Of a stretch of 64,000 bases of DNA, positions 13,317 to 29,384 are shown in pieces (position 1 is the first letter of the stretch; each line of letters opens with the position of its first letter). The notes under the pieces are model-generated. The model saw only the letters and a list, made by a program, of their open reading frames with translations, was not told the DNA's origin and searched no databases. The DNA comes from Lama guanicoe. Lineage: Eukaryota. The translations under genes were made by a program, and so were the position numbers. The stretch covers positions 7,618,642-7,682,641 of the forward strand of contig MU056960.1 in NCBI GenBank assembly GCA_013239625.1, in the 5' to 3' direction.

Positions 13317-13760
13317 GGCACACACCGGGACGCGACAGTCGCCCGCCTCTAGTCGACTCGCCCGGCCCCCTCCAGCGATTTCCGCCCTTTATTGGGCTAA
13401 CCGCCTGCTAGTCTGCGCCTCACCCCGCCCATACCCTTTGGGTCCGCCTCCCGCCTTTTCACTGGTCACTGCACCCGCCCATCATGCATTCACCACTGAA
13501 ACCAAGGCGCCAAACATTCCAATCAGTCTAAACGCAATCGGCGTAGGTTTCGATTCGATCCGGCTCACCCATTGGCTGAGCTGCCTCTCTTGCCTTCTCC
13601 TAGCCCCGCCCATCAAAGAGATTCTTTTTTCCGGTTGGTGAAGGAGCAGAGCATCCTGGGAATTGCCGGCGGCTAGTCCTCAGGCCGCAGAGAGGAGCGA
13701 GGCGGGCTGGAAATTGCTTCCAGAAACAGCGGGCGACAAGGGTATCCTCTTCTTTCTATC
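12900..13760 (-). promoter_or_regulatory. NFATC2IP CpG-island promoter
   Basis: High CpG density over exon 1; several CCAAT/ATTGG (~13391, 13519, 13571) and CCGCCC boxes; no TATA. Confidence 0.85.
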
Positions 13761-14031
13761 CCCTGACCACAAGTGGGCGGAGTAATCCCGTTCAACACCG
13801 ATTCCTCGCAGACACCCCTCCTCACTTGCAGAATCCACACAGTACACAACCTGGACCAAGACTTCAACACCATGCAACTCCCCGAATTACCTCCAACAGC
13901 ATACACACCCTCCCTCACACCAGACAGCTTCAAGCGCAAAGTCAACGCAACGTACATCCTTGCGACACCCTCCCACAATATAAGCTTAAACACCACTCGC
14001 CTCACAAACAACACTTGGAAGGGCAAATACA

Positions 14032-15010
14032 TGTGAAAAACTGGAAACTTAATTCTCCCTGTTGAAAATAAGGTACGTGACTTCTCCCCCTTCCTCCTTT
14101 GTCTTTCGGAATTTCTTTCGAAATGTTTGTAAGTCTTGATAATGGCTGAATAAGCCTCTTGCCCGTAAGTCGGGAACTCCAGGACCTGTGAGCAGTCTTT
14201 TTTTGAAATGCAAGCGTCAAGAAATAGCTTTCAGCCTCCCGATCTCCGCTCCAGCGGGAGAATGAGCCTAACTTCCTGGGGGCCTTGCTGCAATATACAA
14301 AACCACCCCTCATCAAAAACAGATGAAAAGTTTTTCTCCCTTGGATAAAAGCCGATCAATCACCACGATAAAGTTAGGATGAACTATGTGTGACAAAAGG
14401 TGCTGTCAAGCCCTCTTACTTGACGCCTAGTTATTGTTTCTCTTGAAAACGAGGTATGGGTTTTGTTCTTATTGTAATATTGCTCAAAGTGTAATATTAG
14501 ACCATTTATTTAAGATTTTTCTTATTTCCTAAGGTAAGCTTGTATCGCTACAAACTTCCCTCTTAGAACCGCTTTTGCTGTGTCCCATAGGTTTGGGATG
14601 ATGGTGTTTTTGTTTTCATTTATCTCTAGGTATCTTGATTTCCTCTTTTATTTTTCTCAGTGATCCATTGGTTGTTTAGTAGCATGTTGCGTAGCTTCCA
14701 CAAGTTTGTGTTTTTCTGCAGTTTTTTTCCTTGTTGATTTCTAGTCTCATAGCATTGTGATCGGAAGAGAGAGAGGTGGGTCTTTGAAAATTTATCCTGA
14801 AAACAGGATAATGGGTTGTACCTGCTTGGCTATATATAAGAGGGTGAGATTTCATTCTGCCTTTGCAATCAGTCTTAGCGGATTGCCTGTGATATGCATT
14901 CTGGTTTAATGCCTATTCAATAATAAAACTGTTTTCTGTCCCTACTATCTCTGTGGAGAGGTTTTCTGGGTTGGAAGAAGACTTTGTTTTTTCATTATAT
15001 TTCCCCAACA
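14032..15010 (+). mobile_element. MER34-like ERV1 solo LTR interrupted by an antisense L1 fragment (~14510-14765)
   Basis: TG start, TCCCTGTTGAAAATAAGG, TATATAA and AATAAA in the 3' half, ends TTATATTTCCCCAACA; internal L1 ORF2-like reverse text (ACAAACTTCCCTCTTAGAACCGCTTTTGCTG). Confidence 0.7.
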
Positions 15011-15136
15011 CACCCACCAATGAATGACATCACATACCTCAGAGGCTACCATATCCTCCACACAACTACAACTCCTGTTCAACGTGCACCCCAGTACAAC
15101 ACAGACACCCCCATATTGCCTTCAACTGCATGACCC

Positions 15137-15588
15137 TGTTGACCTTAAGAATAAAAGTCAGCTATTTTACCAGCAAGAATGGGTTTATTCAGGTATAGCA
15201 GAGGAATTGCAATTTAGGACAAGTAAGCTATAGCAAAAAGCCATTGACCAGTCAAACAAAGAAGAATGTGATTTTATAGAGAAAAGGGAGGGTGTTGGGA
15301 AGGGTTGTTTTGAATGAAAGTCCATTGGAAAAAAGTGAGAGTTCAGGATAATGATGGTTTCTCATAGCCTGAGTTACTGGGGTAGTAGACTTCTAGGAGA
15401 TGCAACGTATATCTTTTCCTGTTGGGACCTGTAACTGATGATTCTCTTCTGTCCATGATTCTTCTGTTGGGGTCTTTACTGACAATTCTTCCTGTAATTG
15501 ATGGCGAGTGGTATACTGTGTGAAAGTTCCCCCCGCTTCTAGCCTTCCGACTCTATTTTGATGAGGTTTCCCTTTATTCATTTTCACA
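15137..15588 (-). mobile_element. ERV-type solo LTR (minus strand)
   Basis: TG...CA termini, minus-strand AATAAA near its 3' end (~15189-15184), near-TSD ACCC/CCCC. Confidence 0.6.
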
Positions 15589-16694
15589 CCCCTGACACTT
15601 CACACCGTAAATGCCACACCACACTTCACACGTAATACCCACACAGCATACACCCAGTACCACCTGTCTCTCACACATATAACGTTCACATAACTTGTAC
15701 TTTGCACACCCATCCAATATAGCATCTTGACGACCACCCACATCTCATCCCATCCCTCTCCTCTACCAAATTAATATCCCCCACATGTGGACCCCAACTC
15801 AGCCCAGATCCCAAGTCCTCCACGTAGACTCAGCCAAAGGCCAAGATTGAAGGCAGACACCCCCAGCAGGTGGGGCTGTTTCCCAAGAACAGAGGGGACT
15901 CCAAGGACCTCCCAGCCCCAGGACACCTTCAGCCACTCTTTGTTGCCAGGCTGGAGATGCAGAGTTTGCACCAAAGTCCTTTCTGCAGCCTTGGGCCCCA
16001 CTTGGGAGATCACTGCAAACCAGGAGTGACCCTGAGGGTCTGAAACTTCCCTCAAGCCTCCTTCTCCCTAAATCTCACTCCAGAGCTATGCCAAAAGTCT
16101 AGCCCCTGCCAAAAAAAAAAAAAAAGATCATGGAGTGGGAAGTTGAGAAGCTTTAGAATGTGGCTTTCTTCTGAACAGGTCCCTGCACTGGAAAAAGTCC
16201 CAGTCCAAACGGTCTGGGTGCCCTCTGGCTCCTGGCACACAGTAGGCCCTTAATCAGTGCCAAATAATAATAATAGCTAATGTCCGAGTGCCCCCTATGC
16301 CACTGTCTTGTGCTTTCCATCTCATGTAAGGCTCATTAAGGTAGCTTGTCCTTATTTTATAGACCAGGAAACTGCAGCACAGAGAGCTTGAGTCTCACAG
16401 CCAGGAACAAGTGGAGCTGGGATTCAAATCCAGATAGTGTGCATCCAGAGCACCACGCTGGAGTTAGCACACATCAGTTCCTCATCTTCCCATGAGACTT
16501 CCCTGGGTGGTGGATGCTCATAGGAGTCGCTCCATTCCCTGATCCCTGAATCTCAGGAATTGCCACAATCCTTCATTCACTCCTCCTTCCCCCACTCATT
16601 TCCTGAGTTCCTGATCTTTGCCATCCCCTGGCTGGGTACCAAGGGCACAGAAAAGACCCAGACATGAATTTACCCTCAAGAAGGCAGGATGGTG

Positions 16695-16820
16695 CGGTGG
16701 GTACAGCTCAGTGGTAGAGTGCATGCTTAGCATGCATGAGGTCCTAGGTTCAATCCGCAGTACCTCCATTAAAAATAAAAAACAAACCTAATTATGTCCC
16801 GCCAAAGAAGAAAAAAGAAG
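16695..16820 (+). mobile_element. tRNA-Ala-derived SINE (vic-1-like)
   Basis: tRNA head + AAACCTAATTA tail motif. Confidence 0.85.
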
Positions 16821-18974
16821 GATGTTTTTTCACCAGAAGTCATGTGTTCCAGTGCTTCAGGCAGGAAACCATGAATGCAGCAGGCTGGGGAAAGGCAATA
16901 GAGAATGGTGGGGACCATGGTGATAGGGAAAGCTTATGTTAGCCGAGGGGTAAGGTGTGGGTGTAAATTCTAAGCTGGATTTAGGATGTTTATTTATTTA
17001 TTTTATTTTATTTTTGCCCATGTGCCCAAGATGGAAGCCCAAGGAAATGCTGAAGGTTCATTTCCCACTTCCTACACTCCAAACATACCCTATGCAAATA
17101 TAACAAGAAACACTGCTTTCTTTTCTTTTTCTTAATGGGAAATCAAAGCCACAACAGCGAGGCAGCAGCCCATGGGAGTGCTGAGATCCCTAGGATTGGA
17201 GTCACATGAGGACAGAAGTCAAGGCTGAGGGCCCAGGAATAGCAGAGAATTGAATCTAAGCCCCCTGCCCAAAGCTGGGAGCTGTGAAAAGGCTGTCTCC
17301 TCTGGGCACGGAAGACAGAGGGAAAAATAATCCATTCACAGACTTTGGAATGCAGTTTGGAAAAAGTTACTGCAGGAAATTAGAATTCCTCATGGTCACC
17401 AGAGTGTGGGCTTGGATTCAGACCAGACCTCTGAGGCAAAAGCCTGCTCTGAGAAACTCATGAATAAAAGGGTCAGAACCCCATGTAGTATGTAAGACTG
17501 TGGCAGAAGCCAAATCAGGCTGGCTCTAGGAGATGTGAGTGGGGCCCAAGAAACTCACGGGACTCCTACAGGAGAAACACAGATAAGTCAAAGAATCCTT
17601 CCATGGTGACATTGCCATGGGAGAATTCAGCCCATTGTACAGATGACAGTAACCACACCCTACCTCCTCCCTAATGCTATTTTATAACTGGGAAAACTGA
17701 GGGTCCCTGAGTTAAGTAAGTAGCCTAAAGTAAGTTAGCAATTAAAGTATTTAATTTCTCTGTGCCTCAGTCTTCTCAGCTATAAGGTGATAATAATTTA
17801 AGCATACCTTCCTCATAGGATTGTCATAAAGATAAAATGAGATGCTACTTGTAAAGCATTTATTAGAATTTATTAGAATGCCCATTTTAAAGGTTCAGAG
17901 ATGAAGAAGAAACAGAGTCTTTAAAACAAACACAGGACATTATGTAGAAAGAACTGGAACATTAAGAAAAGGAATGCTAGAAATAAAAACGTAGGTACTG
18001 AAAAAATCTAGGCAGTCTTACAGAGAGCATGGAAACTTCTGGAGCAGGAGAGGGACTTGGGTTTCAGGTAGCAGTCCTGGGTTTCGGAAGAGTACTGGAG
18101 TTGGGGAGACCAGGCAGTAGACACCAGGACTATCCACCTCAGGTGACTGATTCTGCCTGTGCCTGTGACAGGAGTTTGTGGTGGCGCTTGCTACGTAATG
18201 GTTTCAGGGCCTGGGGACTTTTAGCTCTGAAAGTCTTTGTGTTCCTGGTTTATATCATAGGCAGCTTATCAGGTAGTAGGCACAAGGGCTAGAATTGCAG
18301 CCAGATTTTGAGATTCACTTCCAGCTCTGTGAAGTGCTTGTTGTATGACCTTAGACCTGTTACTTGGCCTCTCTGGCACTTGGTTTTCCATCTACAAAAC
18401 TGCACCTAGGAAGAGAGTGTCAAGAATGATATAGACTCTGGAATTAGACTGCCAGAGGTCAAGTTCTGACCCCAACAATTATTAGGTAGGCAAGCCTTGG
18501 GCATGTTATTTAGCATCTCTGCCTCAGATGTTAAATACTCTTCCATGAAATAGGGTTGTTTGTGAAGATCACGTAAACTAATATACATAAAATACATAAA
18601 ATATACATAAAATACTTTGATACAATCCTGGCACATAAGAGCTCAGTAACCTTTGAGGTTATGGTAAGATTAAATATGTTCATTGATGTTAGAACTTAGT
18701 AGATGCTCAGTAAATGGCAGTGATGGCTGCCAATTCCTGGATTGCTTTCTCTTCACTGGGAGCCCCACATACAACTGCTAAATGAACAATAATTGAATGA
18801 CTGTATGGTGGGAATGGCAGGCAAGCGAGGAAAATGAGTGCAGACCAAGCCACAGGAGGGTAAAGGCCCTGTGGTACCCGAGATGCAGCTCTCCCTCCTC
18901 TGCTGGCTAGGGAAGGGATGGGAGTACAGCCATCCTCACCTTCCCTTCCCCTCCCATACAGGGCACTACATCAC

Positions 18975-19152
18975 AAGATTGGAAGAGCTCACTGAGTTTA
19001 TCTGGGAAGTGCAAAGTGGGTCAAAGCTTCACTTGTGTACACACACATGGGTAGACATCCTGAGTAACACTGCTCCAGAGGCCGACACCATCTGCTTGGG
19101 GTCCCGGATTTCAGAGTCTGGTGAGGATCTCAGGGGCCTGAGGAAGCCCAGG
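18975..19152 (-). other. CD19: CD19 non-coding last exon (3' UTR)
   Basis: Donor just after the stop (19310|GTGAG), acceptor-like ...ctccatatag near 19152. The sequence resembles the human CD19 3'UTR as I recall it (GACTCTGAAATC...GAGCTCTTCCAATC). GATAAA at 19002-18997 occupies the poly(A) signal position. Confidence 0.7.
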
Positions 19153-19319
19153 CTATATGGAGAAAATGGTGATGGGGAGGGGTCCAGGAGCCTGAGCATC
19201 AGCCTTGGAAACCCTTTCCCTTCCCCCTTCCTGAGAACCAGAATCTCACTTCCATCCCTGCTTTTCTCCTTCCTTCTTTCCCATCCTTAGAGGGCAGTTC
19301 CCAGCTCACCTGGAGGGAA

Positions 19320-24789
<5,470 letters not shown>

Positions 24790-24851
24790 GGTGATCAGAC
24801 TCCCTGGGGTGCCCAGCCTTGCGCGCGGGGGATGCTGGGGTAGGCGGGAAC

Positions 24852-24940
24852 CTGGTGGGCACTGAACCATGGGCGTCTGTGGGGGCGGGTGGGCAGTCCC
24901 CCTGAGAGGAAGGGGTGGTCACGCCTCAGGCGCTTTCTCC
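24852..24940 (-). promoter_or_regulatory. CD19 proximal promoter: PAX5/BSAP site, GC box, PyG/EBF box, second PAX5-like site
   Basis: Minus strand CAGACGCCCATGGTTCAGTGCCCACCAG (24879-24852) matches the human BSAP site as I recall it (CAGACACCCATGGTTGAGTGCCCTCCAG). Also CCGCCCCC (24888-24881), TTCCTCTCAGGGGGACT (24911-24895) and CTGAGGCGTGACCACC (~24929-24914). Confidence 0.85.
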
Positions 24941-25739
24941 ATGCACCCCTCCAGAACCACAAAACTCGCCTCCTCCCTGCTACACTTTTATTTTCATCCC
25001 AGCATTTGTCATGTGAAATGATCTTATTTGCATGTCTACTTACTTGCTGGCTTTCTGTTCCCCTCATTTAACTGTAAGCCCCTTGCGGCAGAGACTTCAC
25101 CCTGTTCATGACTGTACACACAGTGCCCTGGAACAGTGGTTGGCACATTGTAGGCACCCAAGAAATCTTTGTTGAATGAGTGTCCTCTCTCCTCCTCCTA
25201 CATGCCCCCGCCACCCTTCAACCTCAGGCTCTGAATTCACTTCCCTTCACACATGGCCTCTTCATTCATTCAACTGACATTTCCTAGGCTTTCTTCCATC
25301 TCCATACTCCCAGCCTATCACACATACGGCAGACCTGAGTCTGAATCCTCCACCTCCACCATTTGGCTAAATGTCTTCATCTCTCTTAGCCTTAGTTTCT
25401 TTCTCTGTAAACTGGGGATAAGAATAGTACTATCAAAATAGCTTCTGTGGAGATTAAACAGGGCAATACATGTTCGGCATTTTCCACCCAGCACAGCACA
25501 CAGCAAGATCTGAGAGACAGCATCCATGAATGGCTACTGGCTCAAGCCATTCTGCTGCTCCAGCTGAATGAAGCCTCCTCAAAGGGCAGAGTGGTGCCTG
25601 AGATCACACATTGGGCTGGGGGTACAACCGGGCACTAGAATCCAGGAGTCTTAACTCTTAAAGTTAACTCTGTTCTTTTGCCAAACACCCCCTATCTCTC
25701 TCTCTCTTCGCCTCTCCCTGCCTCTGCCTGTGAATCTCT

Positions 25740-25910
25740 GTGTTACTGCTGCCATCACTCAGGGAAAAGGGCCAGGGACCCAGGAGACCTGCTCTCTCAG
25801 TTGCTGGTTCCCAGGCCAGTCTCACTGAGCTGTGACTTCCTGTTTGCCTCGGGCAAACCCCAGGGGACCCCTCCCCCCAGCTGGCAGGGCCCTCACTTCT
25901 CTTTGGTCAG
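25740..25910. promoter_or_regulatory. Candidate CD19 upstream B-cell enhancer
   Basis: Within ~70 bp: ETS ACTTCCTGT (25835-43), EBF-like CCCCAGGGGA (25858-67), E-box CAGCTG (25878-83), PU.1-like CACTTCTCTTT (25894-904). Non-repetitive island among MIR/L2 remnants. Confidence 0.55.
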
Positions 25911-26519
25911 GTTGGGTTGGCTGGGAGGGGGTAGAGTGGGGCATCAGGGGAATGGAACGGGCAAGGGGGCAGGACCCCATCTGCCTTTCACTCAACAAAA
26001 TCTCTCCAATCCCGTTCACCAGTTTCCCAGCTGCCTCACATGCTGAGTCTTCTTGCTGGAGTGTGTCAGCCCCCAACTTAGAACATTGCAACCACTTTCA
26101 TCTATGTCAAAGTAAACACTCCATACCATGGCCTCCAAGGGCCTGAGGGAAGCTGCCCCTGACGACATTTCCCACCTCAGCCCTCTGCCACTCTGCCCCA
26201 GCTCAGGGCCTTTGCACTTGCTGCTCTTCTTCCTGGATCTCTCTACTCGGCTCTTCGCTCCACTGGCTCCTTGCTGTGGCTCAAGCCTCAGTTCAAATGT
26301 TACTTCCTCAGAGAGTCCTTCCCTGACCCACCAGGTACTTTGAATCTTATACCCCTGTTTTATTTCCCTCCTAGCATTTGCCCCCATCCTAAAGTCGGCC
26401 TGCTTACTTGTTAGTTTGTCTCCTGCCCTAGAATATTCACTCTGCTACAACAGGACTCCTTACTATCTGGCTCGCTGACATCCAGTAGGTGCTCAATAAG
26501 TATTTGTCATACAAAGGAA

Positions 26520-26778
26520 AGAAGTTAGTTATGGTTACCCAAGGGGAAAGGGGAGGGGGATAAATTAGGAGTATGGGATTAACAGATACAAACATACATA
26601 AAATAGATAAGCAACAAGGATTTACTGTATAACACGGGGAACTATATTTAATATCTTATAATAACCTGTAATGGAAAATAATCTGAAAAAACCCATATAT
26701 ATATGGGCTATATATATATATATATATAAAATCACTTTGCCGTATACCTGAAACTAATACAACACGGTAAATCAACTA
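26520..26778 (+). mobile_element. L1 3'-end fragment, left part (interrupted by the ERV)
   Basis: Typical laurasiatherian L1 3'UTR (...AACAAGGATTTACTGTATA...AATCACTTTGC..TACCTGAAACTAA..GTAAATCAACTA); continues as TACATCAATTTAAAAAAA at 35638-35660. Confidence 0.85.
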
Positions 26779-27324
26779 TGTTGGGGGACATGGCGGGCAG
26801 TGCAAGGGCAGTAAAAGAATTTACCAGAAACATAGAACGTTTAAGAGACAAAGGAGAGTTTAATGGATACGCTGCTCTAGGCAACAGTGGGCCACACAGA
26901 CGAGAGGTGTGAGCGCCGAGGGTGAAGGTGCAGGGTCTTTTATTGGGGGAAGGGGCTGTGAACACAAGGGGCGGGTGGGCTGCATGATCAGTTTGTGCAC
27001 AGCTACCTGATTGGTTGTAAGACTTGTCAGGGGCTACTCTGAGGAAAGGACTTTACGGCTCTCATAAGGGCAGATGCGCCGTGAGGCCTGTCTGCCTAGG
27101 GTGTTGTGAGACTGGCCATTTTCTGGGGGTGGTTAGTTTTGTTAAGATAAACACACGTCAAGGGAGATGTTTTCATCTTGCAGAAATGCAGGTATGTGGA
27201 GGGTCCTGAAGTGGGGGGTGGGGGTTAAGGGTACCAGTGGGCCCCAGGCACATGGAGAGCCCAGGAGTGGGGGTTTTATGGACTTCAGAGTGGCTTTAGA
27301 GAACGCCAGCCAGCCGGCTCCACA
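26779..27324 (-). mobile_element. ERV 3' LTR (546 bp)
   Basis: Direct repeat of 35082-35632. On the minus strand: CCAAT (~27014-27010), AATAAAA TATA-equivalent (~26945-26938), ATTAAA poly(A)-like (~26864-26859). Preceded by PPT AGGGGGAAA (27333-27325). Confidence 0.95.
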
Positions 27325-27439
27325 TTTCCCCCTGACAGATTGGCAGTGACCAATCTTTGGAACATGGGTGGAGGTCTCTTTCTTCTGGAACTACTTCTTG
27401 CTGAACATGAGTGTCAAGCTGTCCCTAACTATCGTGCTA

Positions 27440-29028
27440 ATCTGTCCAGGGTGTGGGGCCAAGATGGTCCTCCCCAAGAATCTGACTGCCTAAGGGGCAG
27501 CCTGAAAATAACCCCCTTTGACATCCAAGGGCTGCATCCCTTTGGTAAGGGCCATGGCATCTCTGGCTTGCGAGAGACGTCTGTTTTTGTTTCTTTGGAG
27601 CTTGGACCTCAAAGAGAGAGACAATTGTTTTTATAAGAGAGGGGAACAACATAAAGAATAAATGCATACAAGATAAATAGCCAATCTCAAGAAAAGGATG
27701 GAGAGGGGAAATTTTAAAATCCCTGTGAAAAAGGACCTTATTCCCTCTGGAATCCAAAAAAAACTATTAGAGCATGTCAGAAAATTGTTTGTTAACCTCT
27801 TTGCTGTGAGCATTGCTATCCCCTAGAGTACTTATGTCACTCTGTAGTTGAGTGAGGAGCAAAGTGAAATTACCACACACCAGGGAGATGGGGGCAGCTT
27901 TCAGTATGTATTATTGTACATGTGCCTGCCTGGGAAGCTGTGAGGATATCAAAAGCCATGTGATTTTGCAAAATCGTTCTCCTCATTAAGGTCATTTCTG
28001 TATTGACCAAAAATATACTTTCCCTGGTATCATTTCGTGCTTGTTGTATAGATTTTGTTAAGGCTTCCACATGCAGAATTACATATTCCAGGACCACTGG
28101 AGGGAAAATAAAAATGTATTAGGTGATCGTATCATTTAAAAACAGATCGAGACCACCGGGCATGCATAAAAGGAAAATCTGCAATTTTTGTACTTTGTAG
28201 GGTGGAATATCTGTGTTCCTGTGCCCAGGGGAAGCCCAAAGTGCATCAAGCAATCCATCCTGGGGGCAACCATGGCCAGAGGTTAATGCCACAGATCCAG
28301 TGAGTTCCACTGGGGGCTGGCCATATGGTGGGTCTGTATTGCCACGGTTTAAATTGCCATTTGGTGGCCAGATAATCAGTAGCCTATAAAATTATACGAT
28401 GAACACACTATTTTAAAAGAATGCATCCCAGATGTCGAGCGGAGTTAGCCACTGAGACAAGGAATGATTTTTTTTGTTCCCAACACTGGGGAGTTTTTAT
28501 GCTCAATCTGCCGTATTTAGGCATTAACCAGTTAGCTCCATCCCATAGTTGGTTGAAGCCTTCAGCTACTCATGAGGACTTTGAACATCTCCAGACCTTC
28601 TCTGGTGTGGCATTTTAGGTAACTTATCCATTCCCTGAATTGTGGCCGTTCAAGAGAATGAAAAATTGTGGCTTGGCAAATTAGTGGTGTTTTCCATAGG
28701 CCATTTTTGATGGATCATAGTTAGAAATTTCACATAGGAATTCAAAATCTTTACAGGGCGGAGGGTTTAAGGGGTCATGACGAGTTGTGTTTTCATTCAT
28801 AGCAAATATCAATTGACGAATAAGTGTGGAAAACTCTTTCCAATCAGATCCTTGTAGGGGTGAAACCCACCATGGCAACCCGGAGAATGCAGACACCAGG
28901 TCGGCCACAAACCCAGCAGTTAGAGTAGTTAAATGTACTAGCATATGTGAAGGCCCATTCTAAGAAACTGTTTCCTGTAACAGTAGAGGTAAAGTGCAGA
29001 GGAGAGTCAGAACAAAGAGGAGTGTCAT
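27440..29028 (-). pseudogene. env: ERV env remnant (gamma-type), disrupted
   Basis: Signal peptide MTLLFVLTLLC (ATG 29028), frameshifted into NSFLEWAFTYAST..NCWVC (CWVC 28918-28907), GLPWWVSPLQGSDW, furin-like RWSR|SVF (28158-28147), ISD LQNHMAFDILTASQAGTC, degenerate CX6CC (CTIIHTESC). Confidence 0.9.
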
Positions 29029-29384
29029 TTTTAGTACTCTAAATAGAGATTAATCTCATCAGATGTAAAATTGGTTGAACTGCCTTGAAGATACAGATCA
29101 AAAATGAAACCCCTGAACTGAGTTGCAGAGAAAGAGAGAAGATCTTCGGCGGGGATTGTAGTTAATTCTGAAAGAAGAATTTCATAAAAGACATCAAGTC
29201 AGGAACTCATGGGCAGCTAGAGCAAGGGTGAGAAATGAAGGGATTAGCGCGCTGGGACAACAGCAAACAGGAAGTATAGTGAGGCAGAGCGCTGGTAAGA
29301 AGATGTGGGTAAGAAGGCAAGGTCCTCAGCTGGCTGGCATCAGCCCAGCAGGTGGCACGCATTAAGCTAGGAATTGGGACTAGT

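Noticed and set aside
12916-13641. 241-aa + strand ORF
   Set aside because: Antisense shadow of the GC-rich NFATC2IP exon 1 and CpG island; GTG start, no recognisable domain.
13790-14030. CA-rich low-complexity tracts (also 15010-15130 and 15590-15770)
   Set aside because: Degenerate simple sequence with no periodic unit; no CRISPR-like or satellite structure.
27440-29028. Possible domesticated, syncytin-like env
   Set aside because: Multiple frameshifts and stops, a mutated CX6CC and no intact TM anchor; the longest fragment is under 90 aa.
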